Source: the human T2T-CHM13v2.0 reference genome, Homo sapiens. From it: DNA of 64,000 nt. The DNA lies in NCBI RefSeq assembly GCF_009914755.1, contig NC_060934.1; one strand, written 5' to 3'. A program made the translations under genes and the position numbers. This document shows, piece after piece, positions 39,680 to 52,569 of this stretch. How positions within the stretch are numbered: the stretch's first letter is position 1; the number at the start of each line of letters is the position of its first letter. The notes beneath the pieces are model-generated. The model did not search any database, was not told the DNA's origin, and saw nothing but the letters and a program-made list of their open reading frames with translations.

Positions 39680-40247
39680 TGTGTGGAAAAGAATGAACTT
39701 TGCACAAAGAGAAGTTAGGCCTTTGCTTCTGAGAGTATTTTAAGCCTTTGTAATGTCCTGCCTGATAAGATGGGGTTACCTGGCAGCCTAAGACCATGCC
39801 AGATAGTCTATGCTAACAATGTGATTATGGTGGGGCTTTAGGCCTTGCAATATCAACCCAACCTCTGGAAGGCTGGAAGCTAAGGTGGTCAATGGGTGGT
39901 CAACCATATCTACTGGTAGTCAACCATATCTATGTAACCAAGCCCCAGTTAAAAACTCTGGACACCAAGGCCCAAGTGAGTTTCCCTGGCTGGCAATACT
40001 CTGTGCGTATTGCCCAAACATCATTGCTGGGAGGAATTAGCACTGTCTAGAGTTCCACTGTGATAGGACAACTAGAAGCTTGCACTTGCAACTCTCCTGG
40101 ACCCTGCCCCATCATGCCTCTTCCCTTTGCTGATTTTCATTTCTTACTTTTCACTGTAATAAACCATAACTGCGAGTATAACAGTTTTCAGTGAGTTCTA
40201 TCAATTATTGAACCTGAGGGTTGTCCTGGGGGACTCCTGATTTCCAC
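39680..40247 (+). mobile_element. MER77-like (MER21 group, ERVL) solo LTR
   Basis: TGTGTGGAAAAGAATGAACTTTGCACAAAGAG...CCAGATAGTCTATGCTAACAATGTGATT...AATAAACCATAACTG...GAACCTGAGGGT. Confidence 0.75.
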
Positions 40248-41092
40248 AAACCCCAAAGAGACTGGGCCAACTGGAGTGAGTAAAGAAAGATTGCATCCAT
40301 TAGAGCAAATCAAGAAGCCTCATTGTCTTATAGAATTTCAGTGGTGCTTTGTAAATATGTGACCCTACTACTCAAGCAAGTAAAGACTTCTTACCACTCC
40401 AAATAAGGCATGGATGAAGGAATCACAGCTAGCTAGTCTTTTTTTTTTTTCAAACTAAAGAAGGGGACATGTGTACTGCCTTCAAACATTACAAAGCTAT
40501 CGTATAAGAAAGGAACTAGAATTAGTGTTTGTCTAGCTGAAGGGTTATATAAAGCCCGGCTGGTGGAAGTTATAGAGGGCCAGGTTTCAGTTTAAGCACA
40601 AACTTAGTGACAACCAGAGGCCTCTAAAAAACACAAGCAGCTAACTCAAAGATAGCTGAGTTCCTCATCACCAGAGATCTTAGAGGCCAATGACCCCTTG
40701 TACTGAGATTGTGTATAGAATGAAAGTTGACTCAAACATCCTTTAAGTTACATTCCAAGCTGAAAGCCTGTGATTGAGAAGTAAGATAATGTGGCCAAAT
40801 GTGAACAGTTGGTGGTGAGTCTACATATGGATGTTTATTCTTTCAACTTCTCTGTAGGTATGAAATTTTTAAAAAATTGGAAGCAAACAAAAAAGGAAAA
40901 AGAAACATTTTGGAAACTACCTGGTGGCTGGAAATTCTCAGTCATTTCTAAAAATAAACAGAAATTTATTTTCTCACAATTTAGGATTAGAGTCAAGGAT
41001 AATGAGTATTGCGTCTGATGAAAATATGTGTTGGTTCCCACATTTTACCACTACCGGCACAGCTACGTTTTTAGTCCTTTTATATTTAGCAA

Positions 41093-41518
41093 TTTCAATG
41101 GACTGAATTGTGTCCTGTTAAAATTCATGTGTTGAAACCCTAATTCCCAAGGTGACTGCATTTGGAGATAGGGCCTTTAAGAGGCCATTAAGATTTAAAT
41201 AAGTCATAAGAGTAAGGCTCTAATTTGATAGGATTGGTAATCTTGTAAGAATTGTCAGAGAGCGAGGCAGGATAGGGGAGAAAGAGGAAGACAGAAAGAG
41301 AAGGGGATAGAGAGAGAGAGAGATCTCTTCCCACCCTTTGAGAACACAGTGAGAAGGCAGCCATCTGCAAGCCAGGGAAAGAGTCCTCACCTGACACTGC
41401 TGCCAGACCTTGCTCTTGGACTTTCCAGCTTCAAGAACCATGAAAAAAAATAAATGTCTATTGTTTACGTTACTCCATCTATAGTATTTTGTTATGGCAG
41501 CCCTAGCACACTAAGACA
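41093..41518 (+). mobile_element. MLT1A-type (ERVL-MaLR) solo LTR
   Basis: ATGGACTGAATTGTGTCC...TTTGGAGATAGGGCCTTTAAG...GAGAAGGCAGCCATCTGCAAGCCA...TTGTTATGGCAGCCCTAGCACACTAAGACA. Confidence 0.85.
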
Positions 41519-42345
41519 ATGACCTTTTAATGACTTATTGACTTATTTCCTGCCTGTGTAATATTATTCATATTACTATGGCTCTTATATACAATTAGGT
41601 ATATACTTAAACCTTAGTATATTTATAGAAACAGACAAAGCATTAACAGTGCATTTCTGAAGATGTTTTTCAGATGCACTATCACGCAAGCACACAAGAC
41701 AGCAGGTGATAGTGCCAGCAATTACTGCAGGATTGACTCCAAATCCCATCATCCTGGGAGGAACTGGCAAGAGAAGATCATGAAACTTGTCAATAGCATT
41801 GCTACTATACGAAATAAGAATGACCCAGATAGTTGATGAAACCAAGATTAGGATTTGCTGTAAACACTAGTGTCTGTACATATATTAATGTCTGAGGAGA
41901 TAGGGTTGGAATTTTACAAATCATATTCGTTCAGAATTGTAAACATACAAAACGATTTTCCTGCTCTCTACTGGAGCAGCACCATCTGCTGGACCCACTC
42001 AAAATGCAAATTCTCCAACCCTGATGGAACTAAGCAAAGTCAGCAGCCTCCTCTACCTGCTCCTTTTCTGGACCCTAACATCCCCCTTCTTGTTTCCTGA
42101 CACTGGCTGACACTTCCTTCCTGTGCTCATAAATATAGATTAGCTATTTATATTTCTTGTTTCCATTATGTTTCCTGCAGCTTTGTTCCCCGTGTATAAT
42201 GTATGTTAGGAGAATGAATGTGAGGAATCTCTGTCAGGAGGTTTTTAATAAAAAAGGTCGTCTTTAATTTTGCAGAGAAGAACCTTGAAAGGGGAAGCTA
42301 TTTCAAGGGTGTAGTCCTCCTTAAGCTCAGTTCTTTTCCCAAATA

Positions 42346-42347
<2 letters not shown>

Positions 42348-42381
<34 letters not shown>
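42348..42381 (+). repeat. (GT)n microsatellite, about 17 units
   Basis: Seen directly. Confidence 0.95.
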
Positions 42382-42384
<3 letters not shown>

Positions 42385-42824
42385 ATCACTTGCCTAGTTT
42401 CCTGTCTCTATTTCTAACCTGTTGACCTCTAAGCTCCAAATTTCCCTCCTCCGACCTTTTCCTCTTTCCTCTTTCTCCTTTCTGGCTCCGCAGACTCTGA
42501 GGCTAAACCTGTTCTTAGCCAGAAGATGTGTAACAAGCTCCACACTCAATGCTAATCTATTGCTGATTCAGCCCTCGCCTTTACCCTGGTTCTAGCAGAT
42601 TCTTACTGAACGCACTTCCCATACTCAACCCTCAGTTCCCTTAGTGAACTTTGCCTGTTTAACCTAATGCCTGAGTGCCTTCCTTAATTATCTGCCCAGA
42701 TCCTCCATTTTTTTGTGGCTCTCATGGGGGAAAATGTTGGGAGAACAATTTGAATAAAAGAACATGCCAAGATTGCTGGGAGATGGTTGAAAAAAATCAG
42801 TGATGGTGTGTAACACCATAACAC

Positions 42825-43315
42825 AGCACTGAACTCCCTGGAGAGCCAACTCCAAGATGGAGACCAATGTGTAGGAGGTTTATTAGGGTGTTCCCATGTG
42901 GTCAACACCCATGGAAAGAAAGCAGGATGGAGCAGAGCTAGTAGTTGAACTGCAGCACAGCCTCAAAGCCTCAGGCGATCCTTCAGGGAGTTCTAAAAAT
43001 AAGATAACCCTTCCAAGGTGACTTGACTGGGGACAAGAGAGGTCTCAACCTTCATACCTCTTGTCGATCAGCCACTGGCTGTGGGCCTCCAGCAGGGGCT
43101 GTGACCTCAGGCAAAGAGTCTATCTGCAACTAAGGCAGGGGCTGTGACCTCAGGCAAAGAGTCTATCTGCAACTAAGGCAATGCCCCAACGGAAGTGACC
43201 CAGAGAGCTATCATCTAGCAGCAAGGAAAGTAAGTCCTCAGGAGACTTGGTCTTTCCTAAAGGAGAATAAGTCTTTCCTGAAGAGACATCTGGGCAGTGC
43301 ATCCCAGTGTCCCCT
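42825..43315 (-). mobile_element. LTR16-like (ERVL) solo LTR with an internal perfect 43-bp tandem duplication
   Basis: GATGGAGA...GGAGGTTTATTAGGG...GTCAACACC...GCAGGATGGAGCAGAG...CCTTCATACC; duplication at 43092-43177. Confidence 0.65.
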
Positions 43316-43969
43316 ACCCTTATGTCATCTCACCTCCAGGAAGTACCATTACTTCCTCTGCCTAGTACACAACATATTTTATTTTTCATCTCACTCTCAA
43401 TCTGGAAGTGATTCCAAACCCCAATTCCAAACACTAGGATTAACCCCTCTTGCGACAAGCAGCCCCAGAAGAAGGTGCACAGACAGTGCTGAGCAGCACA
43501 GGGAGTAGTTGAGGAGAACACAGTGAAAGGAAAGCAGAACCTGTTCCATGGGGGTGAAGAACCAGAAGCCAAAATTTCACAGAGCATACGCATGAAAGAC
43601 AAGATACCATGGATAGAGTGAACTTGGAATAGGTAGCAATGGAGACCTTCCCACAACTGCGAAATGATTGGCCAGGAGTCAATGACCTAGAATATAATAA
43701 TCAAAAACCATGAATGACAGAAGAGAAAACCAGACCAGAAAATATATGAACAGAAACCATCCTCCTAGCCAAGCTAGTCTAAGGGCTTTCCCCAGTTTTC
43801 TTAAGAAAAAAAGAGAGAGAGAGAATTTTATAACTTTCCTTGTTCTACAAATGATTTGCTTTGGTAGATCCTTAGTGAGTAGGAAGAGAAAATGTATACC
43901 AGAACCCTCTTGCTTATCTGAAATGACTCCTGGTAAATATTGGACATAATACTCTTCCTACATCATTGA

Positions 43970-44190
43970 CATAGATATCATATACACACATAGATATATA
44001 TATCGGCATGTAGATATTTATATAGATATACATGTATAGATATCTGCATATATATATTTGTATACAGATATAGACATATAAATATTAATATACCTATATA
44101 TGTATATAAATACATATACATATCTATATCTGTAGAAGATATCTACCATCTTCTATCTATATATCTTCTATCTTCTATCTATAGAACTAT
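43970..44190 (+). repeat. TA/TAGA-rich low-complexity repeat
   Basis: Seen directly. Confidence 0.85.
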
Positions 44191-44199
44191 CTTAATTTA

Positions 44200-46430
44200 A
44201 AAACCTTTCATATATGCATATAAAAGGTAATCAAACACAAGCCAAATGAAAATTTGTTTAGCTATGTTAATATCAGACAAAAGAGATTTTAAGGCAGAAA
44301 TTATTACCTGAAAGGAAGATGTATCCATCATCCATATAAAAGAATCAACTATTGAGGAAGTTGTCAAACTTGTGTATGTATATTCACTCACACAGAGTTA
44401 ACACACATTTACAATTTTTATAGAACTAAAAGGAGCAATAGCCGCATCTTTGATCATAAAGACTTTAATATACCTTTTTCAATAACTGATAGCAAAAAGG
44501 ATAGAAAATATCAATAATAATACAAAAATTTAAAGCAGTAGGATTAAATACTTTGATATAAAAACTGCACCCAAAAATAGCAAAACACACAATTTATTAT
44601 AATGTATTTGGAACGTGTTTCAAAATTTACCATAGCTATCTATAGATATCTCTGTCTATCTAGGTAGATAGATGATAGATAGATAGATAGATAGGTAGGT
44701 AGATAGATAGATAGATAGGTTAGATAGACAGATATAGGCTGAGGTTAGGCCCATAACAAGAATCAATAAATACCAAAAATTTGAAATCCTTGACAGTGTT
44801 TTTTTGTACAACAATGTTATTAAGCTGCAAATCTATAGCCAGACTTTGAAAGTAACCAAATGTTTAGAAATTAAGCATCACATTTCTAAGTTATTCATGC
44901 ATCAAAAAAGTAATTACAATGAATATTAAAATATATTTTGAATTTAATAAAAATGAAAGTAAAAATACTGCTTGTTAAAAGATGGGAGGCTTAGGCAAAC
45001 CTCAGCTTGGAGATAAATGCATATGCTTGTTTAAAAAATTAAAGCCTGAAAATTAATAATCTAATTGTCAATCTCAAAAATTTAAAATGTGATGTCAAAT
45101 TAAATCCAAAGAATTAGAAAAGAGAAGATACATAAGAAGCATGAGAAAAGGAAACAATCATAAAATAAATGAAATCAGCAAAAGCCAAAGTTACTTTGAA
45201 AAGACTGATAAAAATATACCATGATTATGCGTGAAATTAAAAAAAAAAGAGTATCCACAAATTCTAAATATCATCAATAATAACAAGGAAATCATTATAG
45301 ATTCTATAGTCATGGGAGAGAAAAAGAGAATGTAATAAGTAACTTTAAGTCAAAAATTTTGACATAATTTGATGAAATAGATACATTTCTAGAAAATCAT
45401 TAACAGTGACACAAGAATAAATAGCAAATCCGAATAGCTCTATATCTATTAAAAATAAAATTACAATTAAAGCTTTCCAAATATAGTGAGTCTAAATCAA
45501 ATAAAATATTAAAAATCTGAAATGTTTCCAGGAAGAAACATTGAATTCCTAATATAAAATATAACATAGCATATGCAATCCCTTTACTGAAAATTGTGAG
45601 ATTTTACTGAGAGAAATTAAAGATATTCAACAGAAATAAAGGTGTACCATGTTCCTATGTCATTCTTGGTATTAGAAGAAAGATTCAGTATTTTAAATAA
45701 ATCTATATTTGTAATACACTGAAAATCACAATACTGTGATTAGTAATAGCATAATTTGTCTGCATTATATTTGGTGGCAACTGAAAAACTGACTATAAAA
45801 TGCAAATGAAAATGCAGTGTATAGATAACTTTGAAGAAAAAATATAATGTGAAGACTTACACTATTAGATATAAAGTTTTTATAAATGTATATCAATTAT
45901 GACATTATGGAAAAGGTGCAAGTATAGATATTTCAATGAAACAGAATAGAGAGCTCATAAAGAGAACCACACAATATATTTAGCTGATTTGTGAAAAAAA
46001 TAGTGCTTCAGTACAATGAGGAAAAGATTCATTTTCAATAAATTGTGGTGTCTTTCATACATCGGTACAGAGAAAAATGAATATTAACATCCAACCTCAC
46101 AACATACACAAAAATTATTTCATATAGAAGCCAATGTGTAACATAAAACAGTACAGTTTTTAAAAAGTAATACAGAGGACACTTCTATGACCTTAAGATT
46201 TAAAAAAAGACTCAAAAAGTAACTATTGAAGGCTAGCAAATAAGATAAATAGGTTAATAAATAGTAATAAAATAACATAAAATATAGGGATTTGTAATCA
46301 TAAAATAACTCACTGAGTGAAAAGGCAAGCAACAGAATGGGAAATGAAATTTGCAAACATAAATACAATAAGAACTCTTGATCGAAAGATACTTTTTAAA
46401 CTCTACAAATGAATTTTTTGAAAAAAAAAA
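44200..46430 (+). mobile_element. Highly diverged L1M ORF2 fragment(s), containing a (GATA)n microsatellite at ~44665-44735
   Basis: GCTATGTTAATATCAGACAAAAGAGATTTTAAGGCA (endonuclease region); TTTGAAAAGACTGATAAAA; GAGAGAAATTAAAGA; CAATGAAACAGAATAGAGAGC. Confidence 0.8.
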
Positions 46431-46435
46431 AATAT

Positions 46436-46709
46436 GGCCAGGTACGGTGGCTCACGCCATTAATCCCAGCACTTTGGGAGGACCACTTGAGCCCGAGAAT
46501 TTGAGACTTGTCTGGGCAACACAGTGAGAGACCTCTGCCTCTACAAAAAATTTAAAAGATTAGCCAGGCATGGTGGCCGTGGCCTGTAGTCCTAGCTACT
46601 CCTAAGTAGCTAGGCTCTTTTGAGTCTGGGAGGTCAAGGATGCAGTGAGCTCTGATCAACTGCTGCACTCCAGCCTGGGTGACAGAGTCAGAACCATCTC
46701 CAAAAAAAA
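46436..46709 (+). mobile_element. Alu (AluJ-like) with short tail, directly abutting the BEND3 retrocopy
   Basis: GGCCAGGTACGGTGGCTCACGCC...CCAGCCTGGGTGACAGAG...AAAAAAAA. Confidence 0.88.
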
Positions 46710-46710
46710 T

Positions 46711-49700
46711 TGATGTAGAAGAACTTCTAAGAAGTGAGAGTGGAGACAGAGGCCAAAGATGCTGCTCTAGGCTGCTCCGTGAATTCCAGGACTTCTGAGA
46801 AGCACCCTCTGGACAGCGTCTTTACTGCCCTCAAGGACTCAGCTGGTCAGCAATGGCCAGCCAGACTCCATCCCCAGTGTGGAGAGGAGGTAGCTGATCC
46901 CAGAGGCGCTCCTAGCAGGCATGTGGAACCCAAGAACAGCTCGCCCTGCCAAGGCAATGGAGAGCAGGCTGGCAAGGCAGGAGCTCAGGCTCTGTGTGGG
47001 CAGGCAAGGAGGAGCCCCGCAACCATGCCACCACCCCTTACTACAAGAAGCCTCTGTATGGCATCTCGCACAAGGTCATGGAGAAGAAGAACCCTCCCTC
47101 AGGGGACCTGCTAAACACATATGAGCTCTTCCAGAAGGCAAATGCCAGCAACAGCCCCTTGCTGCTTAGGCTCCTGAATGAGCCATAGAAATGGGACTGT
47201 GGCAGCACTGGGGCAGCCACCAACAGTGACCCTAACATCTACTTCCTGATCCAGGAGATGTTCTACATGCTCAACGCGCTCACGTCCAACAGGTCCCAGC
47301 TGCACAGCAAAGTGGACCTGCTCTCCCTGAAGGTGAACCCCACTGAGATGGTGGCCAAATTCCAGCCGACCCCCACCACCCCATAGCAGCTCACGGGCAT
47401 GGAGCTCAAGCAGATCTTGGACCAGAGCCTGTCAGGTGGGGTCCTGGCCTGCTGGCTGCTGGTGCAGCTCTTCCCCAAGCTCTTCAGCCACAGTCAACTT
47501 CTCCCAAGGCTGCAGTGCCTGCAGCTTTGAGGCCAAGCTTAAGCTGGAGTCACTGCACCTGCAGCTCATCCACAACTACATGGAGGTCTACTACCCCTCG
47601 GTGAAGGAGAGGGCTGTGTGACAGGCCGAGTGCTTGCCCCAGCTGAGTAAGTTCTTCAGCCGCTTCTGGGCCCAGCGGGAGATGGAGAACAGCCAGCCTG
47701 GTGGCCAGGCTGCCAGCTTGAGGCTGAGCAGTGGACCCCGGCCACTTCCTGGACCACAAAGATGAGGAGGAGGGCCTGTCTCTGGACAGGAGCGGCACCA
47801 TCGCCTCAGACCACGTGGTGGACATGTAGGCCCTCACCTAGTTCCTGGATGAAGCCTCTTCACCCGGTGAGTTTGCTGTCTTCCTCCTCCACTGGCTCTT
47901 CCCTGAGCTCTTCCACTACAGCAAGCTGGGTGAGCAGGACAGCTGCTACGGGGACGGCGGCAAGCAGGAGCTGGACCCGCAGAGGCTGCAGATCATCAGC
48001 AACTACACGGAGGTCTACTTCCCCCACATGCAGGAGGAGGAGGCCTGGCTGCAGCGGTGCGCCCAGTGCATCAACGACAAGCTCCAGGGCCTGGGGCTGG
48101 ACGCGGGCAGCGAAGGCGAGCCCCCCACGCGACAACTGCTACAACTCCTCCAGCCTGCCCGATGACATCTCAGTAATCAGGGTGGAGGACAGCTTCAAGG
48201 GCGAGCGGTGCCACTCCAAGAAGATCTGACTGGTACCTATCGACTTGGACAAATTGGAGATCCCCAGCCCAACTTGGAGTTGCCCGGCGCCGACTGCCTG
48301 CTCAGCAACGAGCATCTTCGCAGTATCTAGGAGAGCAGCCTGTCCATCGGCAACTTCACCTCGCGCCTGCTGGTGCCCCTGTTCCCCAAGCTCTTCACCC
48401 ATGACAACCTGCACAAGCAGTACAGCTGCAGCGACTCCCTGGGCAAGAAGCAGCTGGACCCGTCCTGCATCAAGCTCATTCGCCACTAAGTGCACCTGCT
48501 CTACCTCTGCACCAAAAACAATCGCGTCTGGACCCTGGAGTTCATGGGCAACCTGCACTGGAACACGAACAGAGGCGCTCCTACCAGCAGCAGTGCAAGG
48601 TCCACGTGCTGGCCCCGAGTGTAGAAACATGAGGAGCTATGCAATCAATCCTGAGAGGTTCAGGGAGGAGTTTGAGGGTCCCCCGCTGCCCCTGAGAGGA
48701 GCAGCAAGGACTTCTGCAAGATCCCCTTGGATGAGGTGGTGGTCCTTCACCGAGCTTCCCAGTGCGCTCTCCCTACCTGCTGTCCGACAAGGAGGTGCGC
48801 GAGATCGTGCAGCAGAGCCTCTCCGTGGGCAACTTTGCCGCGGGGCTCCTCCACTGCCGAGAACTTCCGGCTGCAGTACAACCATTTCCAGGCTTGCAAC
48901 AAGAAGCAGCTGGACCCTACGCAGCTGCGGCTCATCTGCCACTAGGTGGAAGCCGTCTACCCCGTGGAGAAGGTGGAGGAGGTGTGGCACTGCGAATGTA
49001 TCCCCAGCAATGATGAGCAGTGCCACTGCCCTAACAGGAAAAAATGCGGCATCCTCAAGAAAGCCTAGAAAGTGGAGAAGTGAAGGCCCATGGCCTGCCC
49101 AGAGACTCGGGGTCACTAGAGACTGAGCTTAGGAGCATGCCTATGGCATCCACAGACAGGCACCTTATGTCCGTGGGGTGTGTGGCTTACTACACTTGCA
49201 CATGTAAACACCCAACCAACCACAAGAAAGAAGACTTGAGTTTGGTCTCTTGTCCTCTAGACTTCTGTCCTGTGTTCCCTGGCGGTGCAGCCTGAGTGTG
49301 GGGAGCGCAAGCTGTGAGAGCAGGGACTAGTGGGTAGCGGTCCTCTCTACCTGGTCGTGTCCTCCCCAGCCCCTCACAATTTCAAATGCAAACTCAGCAG
49401 CTCTCTTGCTCCTCTTCCCATATTTTACAGCTTTCATTTTTATCCAGTTTTTTAAAAATTAAAAATAAACCCTTAAAAAAATCATTGGGCTCTTTGGGGG
49501 CCATTTTACTTAGAAAAAAATCTTTTTAAAAGTGCCATCTTCAGTCCAGGTGCGGTGGCTCATGCCTGTAATCCCAGCACTTTGGGAGGCCAAGGCAGGT
49601 GGATTACCTGAGGTCAGGAGTTCAGGACCAGCCTGGCCAACGGTGAAGCCCCATCTCTACTTAAAAAAAAAAAAAAGCAAAAATTGGCCAGGTATGGTGG

Positions 49701-52560
49701 TGGGTGCCTGTAATTCCAGCTACTCGGGAGGCTGACAGGAGAATCACTTGAACTCGGAAGGCAGAGGTTGCAGTGAGCCAACATAGTGCCACTGCGCGCC
49801 AGCCTGGGCGACAAGAGCAAAACTCCATCTCAAAATAAATAATAAATAAATAAATAAGTAAATAAAAGTGCCATGTTCGTGTACAATGCCTAATCACAGC
49901 TTCAGGTGGCATGGATACTGATTTTACTGACCTTGTCTTTTACATCTGATTCTGGAAGAGTCAAGAGGCCTCTTGGATGGCAGTAGAGGGGATGGAACAG
50001 TGTGAAGTCCTTTGTGACCATGTGCAAGTTTTCCCTTCTGCTCCAGTGCCTCAGAAGTCTTCCATTCAGCTTGGCCTGTCCATCAGGCACGTGGGTAAAA
50101 TGTTGTGCTCACTGTGTAGAGGAGAACACTTGATGATGATGAAGAATGTAGAAAGCCATGGAAACATGTCCGCAGTGTCTTCATTTGAGCTGTGTCCTTC
50201 CACTGTCCTCATTCCCTCTCCACACATGGTTGCTTGTCGGAGATTCTGGGTTCTGGGAGCTGTGTGGTGACTTCCCCAAACCTCAGTGTTAGCTCCTCCA
50301 GGCAGCACCACATCCTCGTTCCCCAGGGCGGGTCCATGTCTGGGCACCTCTTGGGGATACCAGGCATTGGAAGGACACAGGTCATCTCAGATGGGGCACC
50401 CATGTCCCTTCCCAGAGTCCACTCAGAACTTTCCCCTTGGACTCCCTAGAAAGTCCTGCTGTCCTCCACCTGGCTACCTCTTGGCTTTAGGAGACACATG
50501 TCTTCTCTCCCCACTGACTGAGAATGTCAGACTCCTGCCGGCCAGCTGCATGCTTTCCAGGAGCACCAACAAGGAAATTCCCTGACAGGTAAAATCTTTA
50601 AAAATGACACTTTTACCTTCCTGACTTTGGGGGCCAAATGCCTAAGAGGGAAAGGAAACAGTCTAACCAGAGTCCAGGAAAATTAATTGAATCCCATGGG
50701 GTAGACATAAAACCCCTGTGGGAATATTACAGGTTCAATAACCTAATGGCTTAGTATTTTGCTACTTTAAAATGCAGAGATAACAGAAACAATCTGAATA
50801 TTCTTCATATAGCTGGTAAGGACTTCAGTTCCAGTGGCCATATGACATAATTTTGCCTGTACCCAGAGGCATTTTTAAAAATATAACATCAGATTTTAAG
50901 GAATGTAAAGTTGCTAATCTAACTTGTAAATTTGCTTGTGTCATTTACAGATTATTTCTGTTGAAACTGCAAACCTGAATTACTGAAATCTAGAAAGGCA
51001 CAGGGACTTACTCTGTCACACACAGCTACTCATGCACACACACACTGCTTACTAAAAGCTGAGGTGAGAGGAAGGGGGCCTACATGAATAACAAGTTCAA
51101 CTTCTTTGTGCCTGGAAAGAAGGGACTAGCGCAGCCAGGAGACTCACTTTACCTCATCGCTTGGGCCCTTCTCTATGCCTTAGTCTCTCCAGCACATGCA
51201 CACAGCATGCACACACAGGCGCCCTACCCAAAGACAGCTGTGGCCTTCTCTCCACCTGGCCGCTGGTTGTTGGGGGTGAGGGGTCCCATGAAATTTGTTC
51301 TGGTTTCTACGATGTAAACAAGAAGACTCTAAGCCCTGAATTGCCCTGCTTTCTAGAGGGTGAAATGTTGACCCTGCAACTTTAGAAGCACAATTATTAA
51401 TAACTCTTTTGAAATTCCCATCTACCCATGTCAGAGAAGTTCAACAAGTTCTAGGAATTAAATATGTCTGTTTGTAACCTAGAGCATGCTCAATTTTTGG
51501 AAGCCATATTTCAGTGATGATTTTCTTAACACCTTTCTCGTGTAGGGCTTCTTCCCTGAAAATCTTACAGTCCCTTTCTGTGAAGAGAAATGGACACATC
51601 CTGGGAACTATTCCTGTGCCTCTGGACTGTCATCAGGAAATGACTGCAGGTCCTGTGCCCTGTCTATATCATGTCCTCACTTCTCCATCCATACAGGTGG
51701 CTCCAGTGGGCATTTTTTTAATTTTAAACTTTTTACACGAAGCAATAGAAGTAGAAAATACTGATTTTTTTCAAAATTTAATGTGTTCCATGAAATCTAC
51801 TGGCAATCCCTTTCCTTCCCCCTGTCTAAATTCTTTGGTTTTTACTTGTTTGTTTGTTTTTTTTTGTCTTGTATCCCAAGGACTAAAAAATTAGCAGACA
51901 CGTTTTGATGTTGAGTGAACTAGTAAGTCACAGTAGGTGGTAGGGTTCATTGGTTTCTCTGTTAGTAAGTTTTTAAAGAATGAAGATAGTTATAAATGTA
52001 CTGAGTGGCCGTTTAATTGGTAAGGGTCGCTGGCCCAAAAACACTAGAGCATGGCCACGTGGTTTCCTGTAGAGATGGCCTCAGTTTCCAACATTCCCCC
52101 CAAATGTTTGCTTCTCACCCAATAGAGGGGGGATCTTGAGACTCCCAAGTGGAGGTTGTGAGCTTGCACCCTGCCTCACTGTGTAGACAGACTGTATGGA
52201 TATATGAAGTGGGGGTGGGGGCCAAGGGGCTATTACTGCTGTTTGGAAATATTTGCCTCTTGTAGATCCAGCCTTAATGGTTTTGTGACATCCTAGTACT
52301 AGCAAACCCTGCACAAAGTGGGTATCAGAGTTAATACTGTGAGGAGACAAAGTAGTGAGAATAGTTTTGCTAAAGACAATGAAGTATCACATAATGTCTG
52401 CATTTTACCATTGATTTGAGTGCATCGTTAGAAAAACTTAATGTAATGAAAAACCCAGGACATTTTTGGAAATTGTATGCTCTCTAGCAACTTTGTGTGA
52501 ATTTTTATACAAACACTGTTTTATGAGTTACATAAAATGTTATAAAAATAGAAAAAAAGA
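46711..52560 (+). pseudogene. BEND3P1: Processed pseudogene of BEND3 (BEN domain containing 3); former CDS ~46712-49083, long 3' UTR to ~52560 (3' end approximate)
   Basis: Translations include DVEELL..VRVETEAKDAALGCSVNSRTSEKH, YKKPLYGISHKVMEKKNPPSGDLL, KLESLHLQLIHNYMEVYYPSVK, SYAINPERFREEFEGPPLP, PYLLSDKEVREIVQQSLSVGNFAA, and end KVEK-TGA at 49081-49083. Many frameshifts and stops, no introns, A-rich end near 52540-52560. The P1 paralog number is from recall. Confidence 0.93.
49543..49866 (+). mobile_element. Alu (AluS, Sq-like) in the BEND3 pseudogene 3' UTR, with TSD
   Basis: TAAAAGTGCCATCTTC at 49527-49542 and TAAAAGTGCCATGTTC at 49863-49878. Confidence 0.93.
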
Positions 52561-52569
52561 GGAAATTAT

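Noticed and set aside
39899-39932. Repeat of GTCAACCATATCTA with period 20
   Set aside because: Small slippage duplication within an LTR; not a CRISPR-like or functional array.
41670-41850. Exon-like segment after TTTTCAG
   Set aside because: Stops in all plus-strand frames and no identifiable homolog or donor.
48245-49126. 293-aa plus-strand ORF as a novel gene
   Set aside because: Mostly an off-frame read of the GC-rich BEND3 pseudogene, with a TTG start and only short in-frame BEND3 patches.
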